A DNA stretch of 64,000 nt from an uncultured Gammaproteobacteria bacterium (GTDB taxonomy: Bacteria > Patescibacteriota > Microgenomatia > Levybacterales > UBA12049), in contig OZ246394.1 of the NCBI GenBank assembly GCA_965230895.1, positions 712,627 through 776,626 of the forward strand, written 5' to 3'. The notes beneath the pieces are model-generated. The model was not told the DNA's origin, did not search any database, and saw only the letters and a list, made by a program, of their open reading frames with translations. The position numbers were made by a program, and so were the translations under genes. Shown here in pieces: positions 54,879-63,244 of this stretch (within the stretch, counting starts at the first letter, position 1; every line of letters begins with the position of its first letter).

Positions 54879-56032
54879 AGTTCTCCCAATGCTTTGGTAA
54901 GGACATTATCCCATTCAAATTCTTGAGCATATTTAATTGCATTTTCTCTCATACTTTTATATTTCTTTTTATCTTTCATAATTAGAATTGTTGCATCAGC
55001 AAATGCTTGTTTATCATATGCTGATACCAAACCACAATTTCTCTTCGTTAACTCTTCAGATATCTGTGTCAAGGAAGTTGTAATGACTGGTAATCCTGTA
55101 GCAATATATGTTTTCACTTTGGAGGGATCAGCATAATAGGACCATCTTGCAAGTTCTTCACTATACATTGCAGCTGCGACACCACAGGATGCCAATATTT
55201 CTTCCACATCTTCATGCTTTTCCATATATCCCAAAAAATCAACGTACTTATCTATTTTTAATTTTTTTGATTGTTTTTTGAGTTCACCTTCGTATGAACC
55301 CATCCCAATAATTTTAAATGTGAAGTCAGGAATTTGTTTAACAATGAGTGGAATAGCATCTAAAACAAGTTGTATACCTTGATGAGGAGCCAACCCTCCT
55401 GCATAAACAAGTGTATGAGGATTTACTTCCTTAAACTCCTTTCGCTTAATTCGATTAAACCAGATACCTATAGGAACGATTAGTTGCCTATTAAAAATTT
55501 TTCTGTTCATCCCAAGCAGTTGTTCTCTTCCTTCTGCAACACGGTCGGTTAATATCCAGGTTGCATCTGCATAACGAACAGCAAATTTTTCAAGGCTATG
55601 ATAGATCGAATTAAGTAATTGATTATCAAAGCGTTTCGGTACAAAGTCGATCGTATAATATATAACTTTTTTCAACTTCCCTAATGTTCTTAAGATAAGT
55701 CCTGTGAATGTATTAAGATTATCGAGTGAAATTATGAGATCCCAAGTTCCACCCGCTTTAAAGACCCAATAGATAGAGAGTAAAACGTCTTTTATATATT
55801 GAATAATACTTGGTAATTGTATGTTTTTATATTGTATCTGTTTGACCAGTGTTCCTTTTTCATAAAGCTCAAAAACCGGTCCTGGACGATCTTTAACAAA
55901 AAAAAGTGGATGCCCCATATACAAAAGTCTTTTTACTTTCTTTTTCAGGAAATACTCTTTTAGATCCTGCGCAGGAACAGTCGTTAAAACATGCGCTAAA
56001 ATTATTATTTCTTTATTTTTTATATCTTGCAT
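54875..56032 (-). CDS. Glycosyltransferase, GT-B (GT4-like)
   Basis: A C-terminal domain 'YAGGLAPHQGIQLVLDA...KVKTYIATGLPVITTS' has GT4-like topology. Confidence 0.55.
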   Translation of the reverse strand: MQDIKNKEIIILAHVLTTVPAQDLKEYFLKKKVKRLLYMGHPLFFVKDRPGPVFELYEKGTLVKQIQYKNIQLPSIIQYIKDVLLSIYWVFKAGGTWDLIISLDNLNTFTGLILRTLGKLKKVIYYTIDFVPKRFDNQLLNSIYHSLEKFAVRYADATWILTDRVAEGREQLLGMNRKIFNRQLIVPIGIWFNRIKRKEFKEVNPHTLVYAGGLAPHQGIQLVLDAIPLIVKQIPDFTFKIIGMGSYEGELKKQSKKLKIDKYVDFLGYMEKHEDVEEILASCGVAAAMYSEELARWSYYADPSKVKTYIATGLPVITTSLTQISEELTKRNCGLVSAYDKQAFADATILIMKDKKKYKSMRENAIKYAQEFEWDNVLTKALGEL

Positions 56033-58184
56033 AGAATAAATGTATTATAAAGTATAAGGTTATTACAGCAAATGTAAATAAACTTATTATATCTCCAAAT
56101 GCGAAAACGGCCTGAGGAGCAAAGAATATTGTCGCAGTAAAGCTTACACTTTTATCAGAGTTTATAGTTATTTGGTTTGGATATTCTTTTTTTAGTTTAT
56201 CTACATCAATTACCCAAGCATTGAGATATTCATTATATCGCATATGAGTTTTTAAGATATCCTTATTCAAGAAAAATTGTGTCTCATGTAGATTTCTTGT
56301 ATCCCCTAAATACATTTCCCACTTCTCAGAATATGGATTATCAAAAATGATTTGAGATTTTTGAGAAACATGCTTTACATCAACAGTATATCTTGCTGGT
56401 GATACCTTTTCATAAGTGATCTCTGCATTTTTATCAGAAATACTTATTAAGGGCTTTTGAACTTTATTGTTTTCTACGACTTTTTTGATTTGATAGACGT
56501 TTATATCTCGAGCTTTATCAGTTGTAGATATATAGCCTGAATCTGGCGTTCCTTGGAGATGTCCAACAAATACCAAGCGATTATCTTTAGCTAATTGAGC
56601 ATTTATTTGGGCTGAATTGTTTTGCAGATTGTTATAGATCATGATTGTATCAATATTATGATCTGTTAAATAATCAATTGTACTTGATTTGGTTATATCA
56701 CTTATCTTTGCATAATGCGCTTGCGCATAAGGATCAAAAGGGCTTGCTCCACATGCAAACGCTTTATTATGAACAATCTGGGCTTTTAATTGATATGTTT
56801 CAGGACATCCAGTGACAACATCATTTTGAGTCATTGGATACGTAGCAATGGCATGAATATCCTCATTATCTTTGATTGATTGATAAAGTTGTACTTCCTT
56901 AGAAAAATTACTCAAGCGCCACCAAGATTGATCAACGTTTAGCGAGTTGCCAACCAAGACAAGCGTTAAGATTGAGAACAGTATAACTTTGTAGTTTTGG
57001 TGTAACTTCCTGTAGTACATGCTTTGCATAAAACCATGAATTGCAAGCCCAAACAATATCCCTAAGAATAAATAGGCCAACAAAACCATACGAGCCACCC
57101 CTCTAAAAATTCCGAAATACTTAAAATAAATTTCATTGATCCAATATGTATAAGGTGAATATGCTGATAAGATAAGTGCACCGAGGAAACAACATAATAT
57201 AGCAACTTGAATACTTGTTCTTCGCAAGAATACAAGCCCACAAAAAACAATTAAAGGTACTATTACATATAAGATATTCCCTATATACGGAATATATGTT
57301 TTTAGCATGCTGTATTCAGGTGGAGAGAAATAATAGAGAATACTGAGTAATTCGTTCTTTGCGATAGAATTTCTACCTGTAGCAACTGCGGCCTCACTAT
57401 TGAATAGGTAGAAGTTTGTCACAAAGAAGTTAAAATTGCATGCAATTAAAACGAGTAATAAAACTGGATAATAGATACATGCGCTTTTTAAACTGGAAAT
57501 TAATGACTCTCTTTTATAAGCAAAAAAGATAAGTGGAGAAAGTAGCCCTGAGAAAAATGCATAATAAGCATCTGTATTAAACAGCAATGCAAAAGTCGCT
57601 GAAGAGAGTAGCAAGCTAAACACTGTCTTTCTATCTAAGAAATATACTAGTGATAAGAAATAAAACGGGATGAGCTCAATATGATTGACTGATAGTTGAG
57701 CTCTTGCCATATGCACATGATAAAAAGAGAAACTAAAAATAATGCCCGCCAAAAAACTTGCTGCTTTATTTTTTGTGAGATAATAACAAAATAAATAAGC
57801 CCCAATTGCTGATAAGGGATATGTAATGAGAGAAGAGATGTTTGTTAAGAGGATTAAGTTATTCCAATTAAAACCGATTATATATTGCATAATAAATGCC
57901 TGAGAGACATAGACCAAATTCCTAAATGGCATAAAAGTTATGTCAAATCCGAAGGGATAAGAGAAAAACTGATTAATGTAGTAAAGATATCCCTCAGATT
58001 GGATATGAATCAAATACCATTGATACCAAAGTCCTCCATCTGCGTCAACGTCCGGCATTCCATAGTAAGTATTTATATGAGGTAGCTTGTTATAAAAGAT
58101 GATAGCAGTTAATGCAGAGTATACAAGAAAGAAAAAGATGATTGTAAAAAGTTGATTATTGAAAAGTCGTTTTATGTGCCTCAT
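56013..58184 (-). CDS. Large (723 aa) polytopic membrane protein with an N-terminal ~12 TM domain, a ~280 aa extracytoplasmic domain and a C-terminal TM anchor. Paralog family, GT-C/YfhO-like architecture.
   Basis: The first loop carries 'GMPDVDADGGLWYQWYL', an acidic D-x-D-x-D motif. It is about 50% identical by eye to 58181..60328 over the TM domain ('NHIELIPFYFLSLVYFLDRK' versus 'NHIEFIPLYFLSLFYFLNRK'). Confidence 0.55.
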   Translation of the reverse strand: MRHIKRLFNNQLFTIIFFFLVYSALTAIIFYNKLPHINTYYGMPDVDADGGLWYQWYLIHIQSEGYLYYINQFFSYPFGFDITFMPFRNLVYVSQAFIMQYIIGFNWNNLILLTNISSLITYPLSAIGAYLFCYYLTKNKAASFLAGIIFSFSFYHVHMARAQLSVNHIELIPFYFLSLVYFLDRKTVFSLLLSSATFALLFNTDAYYAFFSGLLSPLIFFAYKRESLISSLKSACIYYPVLLLVLIACNFNFFVTNFYLFNSEAAVATGRNSIAKNELLSILYYFSPPEYSMLKTYIPYIGNILYVIVPLIVFCGLVFLRRTSIQVAILCCFLGALILSAYSPYTYWINEIYFKYFGIFRGVARMVLLAYLFLGILFGLAIHGFMQSMYYRKLHQNYKVILFSILTLVLVGNSLNVDQSWWRLSNFSKEVQLYQSIKDNEDIHAIATYPMTQNDVVTGCPETYQLKAQIVHNKAFACGASPFDPYAQAHYAKISDITKSSTIDYLTDHNIDTIMIYNNLQNNSAQINAQLAKDNRLVFVGHLQGTPDSGYISTTDKARDINVYQIKKVVENNKVQKPLISISDKNAEITYEKVSPARYTVDVKHVSQKSQIIFDNPYSEKWEMYLGDTRNLHETQFFLNKDILKTHMRYNEYLNAWVIDVDKLKKEYPNQITINSDKSVSFTATIFFAPQAVFAFGDIISLFTFAVITLYFIIHLFYARYKK

Positions 58185-60328
58185 AGAGTATTTTTATTCT
58201 TTAATCTCCAAAAATACATTATAAAGTAAATAGCAAGACATATCAAAACAATATTTCTAATTAACGAGCTAATTTGTATATAGATCGATGGCGTAAATAG
58301 AACCGTAGCTTTTAAGGAGCTATTTGCATCAATATTTTTAATTTTCCAACCATTCGCATAATCATTGATTGTTATATGTTCAGCTTCTAAAGGAGCAATA
58401 CTCGGAATTGCTAGAGTATTAAATGTCATTTGGCTTCCATTGTATATTTGCCACTTATCAGAGAATGGCTGATCAAAGACTATAACTGTTTCTGGGTTGA
58501 TATTTGGAACAAAAATTTCATATTGATATTGAGAAATCTTTTTTGTATAGACGTTACCGTTTTCTATTGTAAAAATATTTTTAGGCGGACGGCTTACTAC
58601 TTCTTTTATCTGATATACAGAAATGTCTCTCGATTTGTTATTGGAAGTAACATAATCACTATCTATTGGTTGAGTGTACCTTCCTACAAACTTTAATCGT
58701 TCATTATTAAGAAGCGTCTTATTAATTTCTAGACTATTAGGCAGTAAATTATTATAAATAATGATTGTGTCTACATTATACTTTACAAGCAGATCTATTG
58801 TGTCTTGACTTGATATATCTTTAATCTTTTTTTGATATTCAATTGATTCTTTGGAGAACGGACTTGCTCCTGTTACGATTTTCTTATTGTGAACTATTTG
58901 TCCAAGTAATTGATAGGTACGCGGATTTCCGTAATCAACAAAATCTAACTCAACAGGATATGGTGCAATAACTTTAATTGAGGAATTTTCTTTTATTGGT
59001 TCATAAAGTTTTGCTATCTTGGAAAAATCAGAATACATCTTCCAACTTGCATCATGATTTAACCCAATCGCTACTACAAAAAATGCTAATAACAAACTTA
59101 TCAATATCTTCTTCTTGCCTGCAATCTGAGTTATTAATACCCCTATCATTAATCCTTGGAATAGATAGACCACATGGTACATTCTTGCAACACTTCTAAA
59201 CATTCCAAAGTAATGAAAATACAACTGGTTCAGCCAATAGAATAATGGCGTATATGCTGATAATATAACAGCTATCAAAGCACAGAAGAATAAAGTTTTA
59301 TATACCCTATTTTTAAATTGGAAGAATAAACCAATAATTAGGATTATTGGAATCAGTGCACCAAAGTAAGAAAACGATTTATTAAATAAGTAAATGATGA
59401 TGCTTGTTTCAGGAAGACTAAAATAAAAGCTTAATGGTAATAACTCATTTCTATAATTAGTGACCCGACCCGATTGGACTAAGTATTGATGGTCAAAAAG
59501 TAATATATTGGAAATTATGAAATTTAAGTTAAGTAAAACGAGCAAGACAAGAAGCGCTCCATAATAGACTCCAATAGTTCTTATCTTTGATAAAATACTC
59601 TCCTTTTGATAAAAAAGAACAATAACTATAGATATGAGACCACAGAAAAATGCGTAATAAGCATCTGCATTAAAGGTAATACTAAATACAAATGCAGAAA
59701 GAACTAAAGAGACTATGCTTTTCCTATTAAGGAAGTAAAACAGACTTAAAAAGTATAACGGTATAAACTCAATGTGGTTAATGGACATTTGCCCTCTCCC
59801 TGCCAAAACGAAGCTAAAAGAAAAAGCATAAATAAGCCCGCAAACGAAACTGCCCATATAACTTCTTGTGAGGTAAAAACATAAACATGCAGCACTTATT
59901 GCAGCTAATGGGTAGACCAGTAACGAAGAAATATTAGTTATTAAAATAAGATTTTGCCATGAGAAACCAAACATTTTTAGCAGGGCAATGTGTACTGAAT
60001 AAATCAATGTTTCAAAGGGTTTAAATGTAATATCAAATCCAAATGGAAAACCAATGTAATCAGTAATTTCATAAAGCTCCTTTTTCTGTTCAAGAAAAAC
60101 AAGGAACCATTGATACCAAAGTCCTCCATCAGTATCAATATCTGGCATTGCATAACGAGTATCTAGGAAGGGCAAACGATGGTGGAATATTAGGAGAGTA
60201 AGAATAAGATAGATAAGAAATCCTATTATCGATACACTAACAAATTGCTGGACTTTATTTTGTCCATCTATAACGTTAGTAATCTTTTTCAAAAAACTAC
60301 TTTTCTGTTGATATCGATTTTGATTCAT
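58181..60328 (-). CDS. Large (715 aa) polytopic membrane protein, tandem paralog of 56013..58184
   Basis: It carries 'AMPDIDTDGGLWYQWFL' and has the same domain order. The C-terminal exported domain is homologous ('ISVYQIKEVV...YEIFVPN...FDQPFSDKWQIYNG'). Confidence 0.55.
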   Translation of the reverse strand: MNQNRYQQKSSFLKKITNVIDGQNKVQQFVSVSIIGFLIYLILTLLIFHHRLPFLDTRYAMPDIDTDGGLWYQWFLVFLEQKKELYEITDYIGFPFGFDITFKPFETLIYSVHIALLKMFGFSWQNLILITNISSLLVYPLAAISAACLCFYLTRSYMGSFVCGLIYAFSFSFVLAGRGQMSINHIEFIPLYFLSLFYFLNRKSIVSLVLSAFVFSITFNADAYYAFFCGLISIVIVLFYQKESILSKIRTIGVYYGALLVLLVLLNLNFIISNILLFDHQYLVQSGRVTNYRNELLPLSFYFSLPETSIIIYLFNKSFSYFGALIPIILIIGLFFQFKNRVYKTLFFCALIAVILSAYTPLFYWLNQLYFHYFGMFRSVARMYHVVYLFQGLMIGVLITQIAGKKKILISLLLAFFVVAIGLNHDASWKMYSDFSKIAKLYEPIKENSSIKVIAPYPVELDFVDYGNPRTYQLLGQIVHNKKIVTGASPFSKESIEYQKKIKDISSQDTIDLLVKYNVDTIIIYNNLLPNSLEINKTLLNNERLKFVGRYTQPIDSDYVTSNNKSRDISVYQIKEVVSRPPKNIFTIENGNVYTKKISQYQYEIFVPNINPETVIVFDQPFSDKWQIYNGSQMTFNTLAIPSIAPLEAEHITINDYANGWKIKNIDANSSLKATVLFTPSIYIQISSLIRNIVLICLAIYFIMYFWRLKNKNTL

Positions 60329-61370
60329 CGTAACTTCTTAAATCGGGTTTATAACCAAATGCATGCATGACAGTATGATAAATGATAAGACTTGCAGTAA
60401 AAATGCACAGTGGGACATGGATTAAATAACGGATATCTTTTCTGGTAACACAAAGTTTTATTGCATCAAAGAAACAAACAATTAGGGTGAATACATATGG
60501 AATAAATAAATATTTCTTATATTGCAAAGCATTTGAAGAATACTGTTCTCTCCCAGTAAACCCTGAAGCTCCCATTTCAGATACATGATAAATATTATTC
60601 TTTACTCTCCAGCGAATCTTGTTTAAATATTTTCCTAATGTATCTGAGGAATAATGAAAAAGTGCATCATTTTTGGTTAAAGCAATGTCTGCACCTTTAG
60701 AATTCATTAAGTAAAAAAAATGGGGAATTAATCTTATATCGTTTTTCGTCTCAGTAAAATGCTTTTTCATATAATTACCGTCAAACATGCTTCCTCCAGC
60801 AACTAATTCAATAATTGGCATCTGCTGGACATTGGTAAGATTAAAAATTGTATAGTCTTTTTTATTAGCGATGAAACCATATCGTTTTATCATCTGCTTA
60901 AGAAAGAAGCGCGCATCTTTCGACAAATTATAAATATATGCAGAGAACGGATCACCAAATTCATTTATATAGTTATTTATGAATGGATATCCTTTAGGAT
61001 TTTTATATCCACTTCCTATTACCGCTCTAACATTCTCATTTTCCTTAAACACTTGAATCTTCTTCTCCAAACTTCTTGGATTCTCAATTACTTCATCATG
61101 GTCTAAATAAAGTAAGTATGTACCTTGTGCTTGGGTATAACCCAAGAACTTCGCATTTACAGGATCTGTCTTAGGATTATTAATAACGATACATTTATAT
61201 TTTTCGGCGATTTTAAATGTACCATCAGTGGAACCACCATCAATCAATAAAATTTGTAATTTATTTTGAGGGAATGTTTGCTTCTTTATAGAATCTAATA
61301 CTTTTGGAAGTATATGTTCGGAGTTAAATGTAGCAATAATAATAGAAAGTTCAATTGTGCTTTTTGACAT
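60297..61370 (-). CDS. Glycosyltransferase family 2 with C-terminal TM helices (polyprenyl-phosphate sugar synthase-like: DPM1/GtrB/CsbB architecture)
   Basis: 'LSIIIATFNSEHILPKVLDSIKKQTFPQNKLQILLIDGGSTDGT' is the GT2 core. Hydrophobic C-terminal segments follow ('YLFIPYVFTLIVCFF', 'VPLCIFTASLIIY'). Confidence 0.6.
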   Translation of the reverse strand: MSKSTIELSIIIATFNSEHILPKVLDSIKKQTFPQNKLQILLIDGGSTDGTFKIAEKYKCIVINNPKTDPVNAKFLGYTQAQGTYLLYLDHDEVIENPRSLEKKIQVFKENENVRAVIGSGYKNPKGYPFINNYINEFGDPFSAYIYNLSKDARFFLKQMIKRYGFIANKKDYTIFNLTNVQQMPIIELVAGGSMFDGNYMKKHFTETKNDIRLIPHFFYLMNSKGADIALTKNDALFHYSSDTLGKYLNKIRWRVKNNIYHVSEMGASGFTGREQYSSNALQYKKYLFIPYVFTLIVCFFDAIKLCVTRKDIRYLIHVPLCIFTASLIIYHTVMHAFGYKPDLRSYDESKSISTEK

Positions 61371-61378
61371 AGTGAGAA

Positions 61379-62521
61379 TTAATCCTGCTCACTCTTAAAA
61401 AATTTTTTAAGGGAATCAATAACTGTTTTTACTTGATCTTCTTGCATTTCATAAAATAGAGGTAGACGCAATAATCTATCAGCAGTGGAATCAGTATTTG
61501 TCATAGTGCCTGAAACTCTCCCATACTTTTTCCCTGCTGGAGATGAATGCAGAGGAATATAATGAAAAACGGAAAGTATATCTTTATTTTTAAGCGTTTT
61601 AATCAATCTTTGTCTTGTTTCTAGATCTCTAAGTAAAATGTAATACATATGAGCATTATGCTCGCAATCTTTTGGCACAATAGGTCGTCGAATAAAACCT
61701 TCATTTTCAAGATCTTCTAAGGATTCATGATAGAGATCCCAGAGTTTTATTCTATTTTTGAGAATATCTTTCGAATTTTCTAACTGCCCCATCAAGAACG
61801 CTGAAACTATCTCTCCAGGAAGGTATGAAGAACCTATGTCTACCCATGTATATTTATCTACTTGTCCACGCAGAAACTGGCTTCGATTTGTACCTTTCTC
61901 TCTAATTATTTCAGCACGATCACTAAACTTTGCATTATTAATGAGCAATGCACCGCCTTCTCCAGAGATGACGTTTTTTGTCTCATGGAAACTATATGTT
62001 CCCATATCTCCAATTGTCCCTAAATGCTTTCCTTTATACTTTGCATCAAAGCCTTGTGCTGCGTCTTCAATAACATAAAGTTTATGCTTCTTCGCTATTT
62101 TTAGAATTGTATCCATTTCGCAACCGACACCCGCATAATGTACAACCATAATAGCTTTTGTTTTCTTTGTAATAGCTTGTTCAATGAGCTTTTCATCTAT
62201 ATTTAGCGTATCTTCTCGTATATCAATAAAGACGGGAATAGCTCCACGAAGAGCAATTGCATTGGCTGTAGAAACGAATGTATAAGAGGGCATAATGACT
62301 TCATCACCAGGTTGTAGATCTACAAGCAAAGCACTCATTTCAAGAGCACCTGTACAAGAATGCGTAAGAAGTGCTTTTGTTGTTCCGGTATGTTTTTCAA
62401 TCCATTTATGACAAAGTTTTGTGTAGTACCCATCCCCTGAAAGTTGCCCCAAAGAATGTGCATGGCTGATATATCCCATTTCTTTATGGGTAAGATAAGG
62501 TTTATTAAATGGGATTTTCAT
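61379..62521 (-). CDS. wecE: DegT/DnrJ/EryC1-family PLP-dependent sugar aminotransferase, WecE(RffA)-like
   Basis: 'IPFNKPYLTHKEMGYISHAHSLGQLSGDGYYTKLCHKWIEKHTGTTKALLTHSCTGALE' closely parallels the E. coli WecE N-terminus (FN.P...G.E..Y...A...G.L.GDG.FT..C..W.E...G....LLT.SCT..LE). Confidence 0.65.
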   Translation of the reverse strand: MKIPFNKPYLTHKEMGYISHAHSLGQLSGDGYYTKLCHKWIEKHTGTTKALLTHSCTGALEMSALLVDLQPGDEVIMPSYTFVSTANAIALRGAIPVFIDIREDTLNIDEKLIEQAITKKTKAIMVVHYAGVGCEMDTILKIAKKHKLYVIEDAAQGFDAKYKGKHLGTIGDMGTYSFHETKNVISGEGGALLINNAKFSDRAEIIREKGTNRSQFLRGQVDKYTWVDIGSSYLPGEIVSAFLMGQLENSKDILKNRIKLWDLYHESLEDLENEGFIRRPIVPKDCEHNAHMYYILLRDLETRQRLIKTLKNKDILSVFHYIPLHSSPAGKKYGRVSGTMTNTDSTADRLLRLPLFYEMQEDQVKTVIDSLKKFFKSEQD

Positions 62522-62532
62522 ATGTTGCTTGA

Positions 62533-63243
62533 TTATAACCAGATATGGTAAACGTTTTCAACACTTTCTACTGTACAACCTATTTTTTCATAAAATGCGC
62601 AGGCTCCAATATTATTTTTTTGGGTCACTACCTGGATAGTATCAATACCCATAGTCTGAAATGCTGCAAAGGCCGCATGCATCAATTTTTTCCCTATATG
62701 TTTTCCGCGCTGTTTCTCATCAACTGCAAGTAAACCTATGTCACCTCTTTTATTTTTCACACTAAGAGTAATAAAACCTACCTCTTTACCATCTAACACG
62801 TATACAAGAACATTACTTGCAATTTTGCCATTTAAGGAATTAGTGAGCCATGTTGTGTATAAACGCTTGTATTGTTCTTCAGTAAAATGATTATCTCTTC
62901 TGAAGCGGGAATACACACCGCTTTGTAATGCGAGTGTAATTAAGGCCTCCGTTGCCAATTTATCTTTATACTCATGAATTTGAGGGTCTTTTGAGAACTT
63001 ATCATCATTAACGGATGTAACATATGTAACTTTTTCGTCAATAAGATTTCCAACACTTTGCAAGCTTTTGTTTGAGTCTATGTCTTTAGGGTTTGCAAAA
63101 GCATATACTAAATCAACTTTTTCTTCCTTCGCTTTCATTACTATATTGTTAAGAGCTTCTTCGTTCAAATCTTTTGCATCAATTTTCGCAACATTAAAAT
63201 TAAAAAAATTGGAATCCCACTGCAAAGGAATTAGAGTATTCAT
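62533..63243 (-). CDS. wecD: GNAT acyltransferase resembling WecD/RffC (dTDP-4-amino-4,6-dideoxygalactose N-acetyltransferase)
   Basis: 'LQWDSNFFNFNVAKI' corresponds to WecD 'LTWENAFFGVNSAIV'. 'IGLLAVDEKQRGKHIG' is the GNAT motif A. The C-terminus 'VESVENVYHIWL' corresponds to WecD 'VESTAYWLYR'. The gene is directly adjacent to the wecE-like gene. Confidence 0.55.
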   Translation of the reverse strand: MNTLIPLQWDSNFFNFNVAKIDAKDLNEEALNNIVMKAKEEKVDLVYAFANPKDIDSNKSLQSVGNLIDEKVTYVTSVNDDKFSKDPQIHEYKDKLATEALITLALQSGVYSRFRRDNHFTEEQYKRLYTTWLTNSLNGKIASNVLVYVLDGKEVGFITLSVKNKRGDIGLLAVDEKQRGKHIGKKLMHAAFAAFQTMGIDTIQVVTQKNNIGACAFYEKIGCTVESVENVYHIWL

Positions 63244-63244
63244 A

